From: a bacterium
Lineage (GTDB): Bacteria; Patescibacteriota; Minisyncoccia; Sungbacterales; HO2-52-23
Reading direction: 5' to 3'
Assembly: GCA_030697705.1 (NCBI GenBank)
Contig: JAUYPE010000006.1
Coordinates: 4,686-68,685 of the forward strand
DNA: 64,000 nucleotides
In this document: positions 63,437 through 64,000 of the stretch, one piece after another
Layout: each line of letters opens with the position of its first letter
How positions within the stretch are numbered: the stretch's first letter is position 1
Program-made: the position numbers and the translations under genes
Notes under the pieces: model-generated
Told to the model about the DNA's origin: nothing
The model's input: only the letters and a program-made list of their open reading frames with translations
Databases searched by the model: none

Positions 63437-63712
63437 CTAGCGATCCAGTAGTTCTCCGTTTTGCCGCGAAGATGGCCGGTCGCAGTATTCTTTTTGTGCC
63501 TTTGGAGTAAATCCAACTCCACAGTTTGGACAGAAGATATTGGAGGGGAGGCCACCGCTTTCATCGGAAATGGTTCCTGTATTGCAATAACATCCATTGT
63601 AGCAGAAGGGCTCCGCAAGCCATCTCTGGACATCATTTAGTGCTTGTTCTTCCTGTTCCAAAGGCACACAAAGAACGATATACACATATCCACTTTCTGT
63701 GTTTTTTTCCAT
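63437..63712 (-). CDS. small Cys-rich hypothetical protein
   Basis: Start at MEKNTESGYVYIV; CYNGCYCN...CPNCG cysteine cluster; 91 aa. Confidence 0.35.
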   Translation of the reverse strand: MEKNTESGYVYIVLCVPLEQEEQALNDVQRWLAEPFCYNGCYCNTGTISDESGGLPSNIFCPNCGVGFTPKAQKEYCDRPSSRQNGELLDR

Positions 63713-63881
63713 CGATACTACCCTCTTGTTTTTTGATGTGATAGGACTCTCTTTATGATACACACTTTACACTTTGATTGACAACGGGAGGGGGAAGACG
63801 GTGGCGGCACTCAGTACTGCATGTGATAGAGGAGACGCTTTCCGCATTGCAATGGGCTTGTCAGTGTGCTAGATTGTAGAT

Positions 63882-64000
63882 ATGTTACACTACTCTGTAA
63901 AACTACAAGCTCAGAAAGAGGGCGGGTTCACCGTTACCGTTCCTGCATTGCCGGGGTGTATTTCGGAGGGTGAGACCATGGAGGAGGCATTGGAAAATAT
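63882..64000 (+). CDS. HicB-like antitoxin (UPF0150), 5' partial at window end
   Basis: MLHYSVKLQAQKEGGFTVTVPALPGCISEGETMEEALEN matches HicB N-terminal pattern (...GGY.V.VPdLPGC.S.GdT.EEA). Confidence 0.5.
   Translation, partial: MLHYSVKLQAQKEGGFTVTVPALPGCISEGETMEEALEN

Overview
This 64 kb window looks like a compact, gene-dense bacterial chromosome segment. Almost every gene is tightly packed or overlaps its neighbour, and the content is dominated by translation, replication and repair, and cell-division genes. My inference, which is not proven, is a small-genome Patescibacteria/CPR-like organism. I did not find rRNA genes or CRISPR arrays, and I found one tRNA.

Recognisable genes include:
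- Translation: ileS, glyQS, metG, leuS, a HisRS-like gene, pth, rpsU, tsaC and ybeY.
- DNA metabolism: recO, topA, dprA, mfd, nrdJ and dcd.
- Division and partitioning: ftsA, ftsZ and parAB.
- Cell envelope: an M23 peptidase, lepB, a DedA-family protein and an AI-2E-family transporter.
- One-carbon and folate metabolism: glyA, folD and folC.

The main findings from the hunt are:
1. A roughly 80-110 bp palindromic MITE-like repeat family. Four copies are intergenic. Three more are inserted in-frame inside ileS, leuS and mfd, in a way that resembles Rickettsia palindromic elements.
2. The ileS ORF carries an in-frame insertion of about 190 aa that is a complete histidine-phosphatase (phosphoglycerate-mutase family, RHG motif) domain.
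3. An operon encodes what appears to be a split ATP-citrate lyase or citryl-CoA synthetase/lyase system (SucC-like, SucD-like, NUDIX, citrate-synthase-like Ccl).
4. A tRNA-Leu(CAA) is flanked on both sides by homing-endonuclease-like genes. One is a LAGLIDADG gene 6 nt downstream of the tRNA 3' end; the other is a Zn-ribbon/NUMOD3/DUF559-type gene.
5. Two small accessory cassettes (a RelE/ParE toxin-antitoxin pair plus a MITE copy, and a retropepsin-like protease pair) are each bracketed by direct repeats that duplicate the edge of the adjacent core gene.
6. An MNT/HEPN pair has its HEPN domain fused to a transmembrane segment and a 230-aa extracytoplasmic domain.
7. A 5'-truncated IS200/IS605 tnpA relic sits next to folC.
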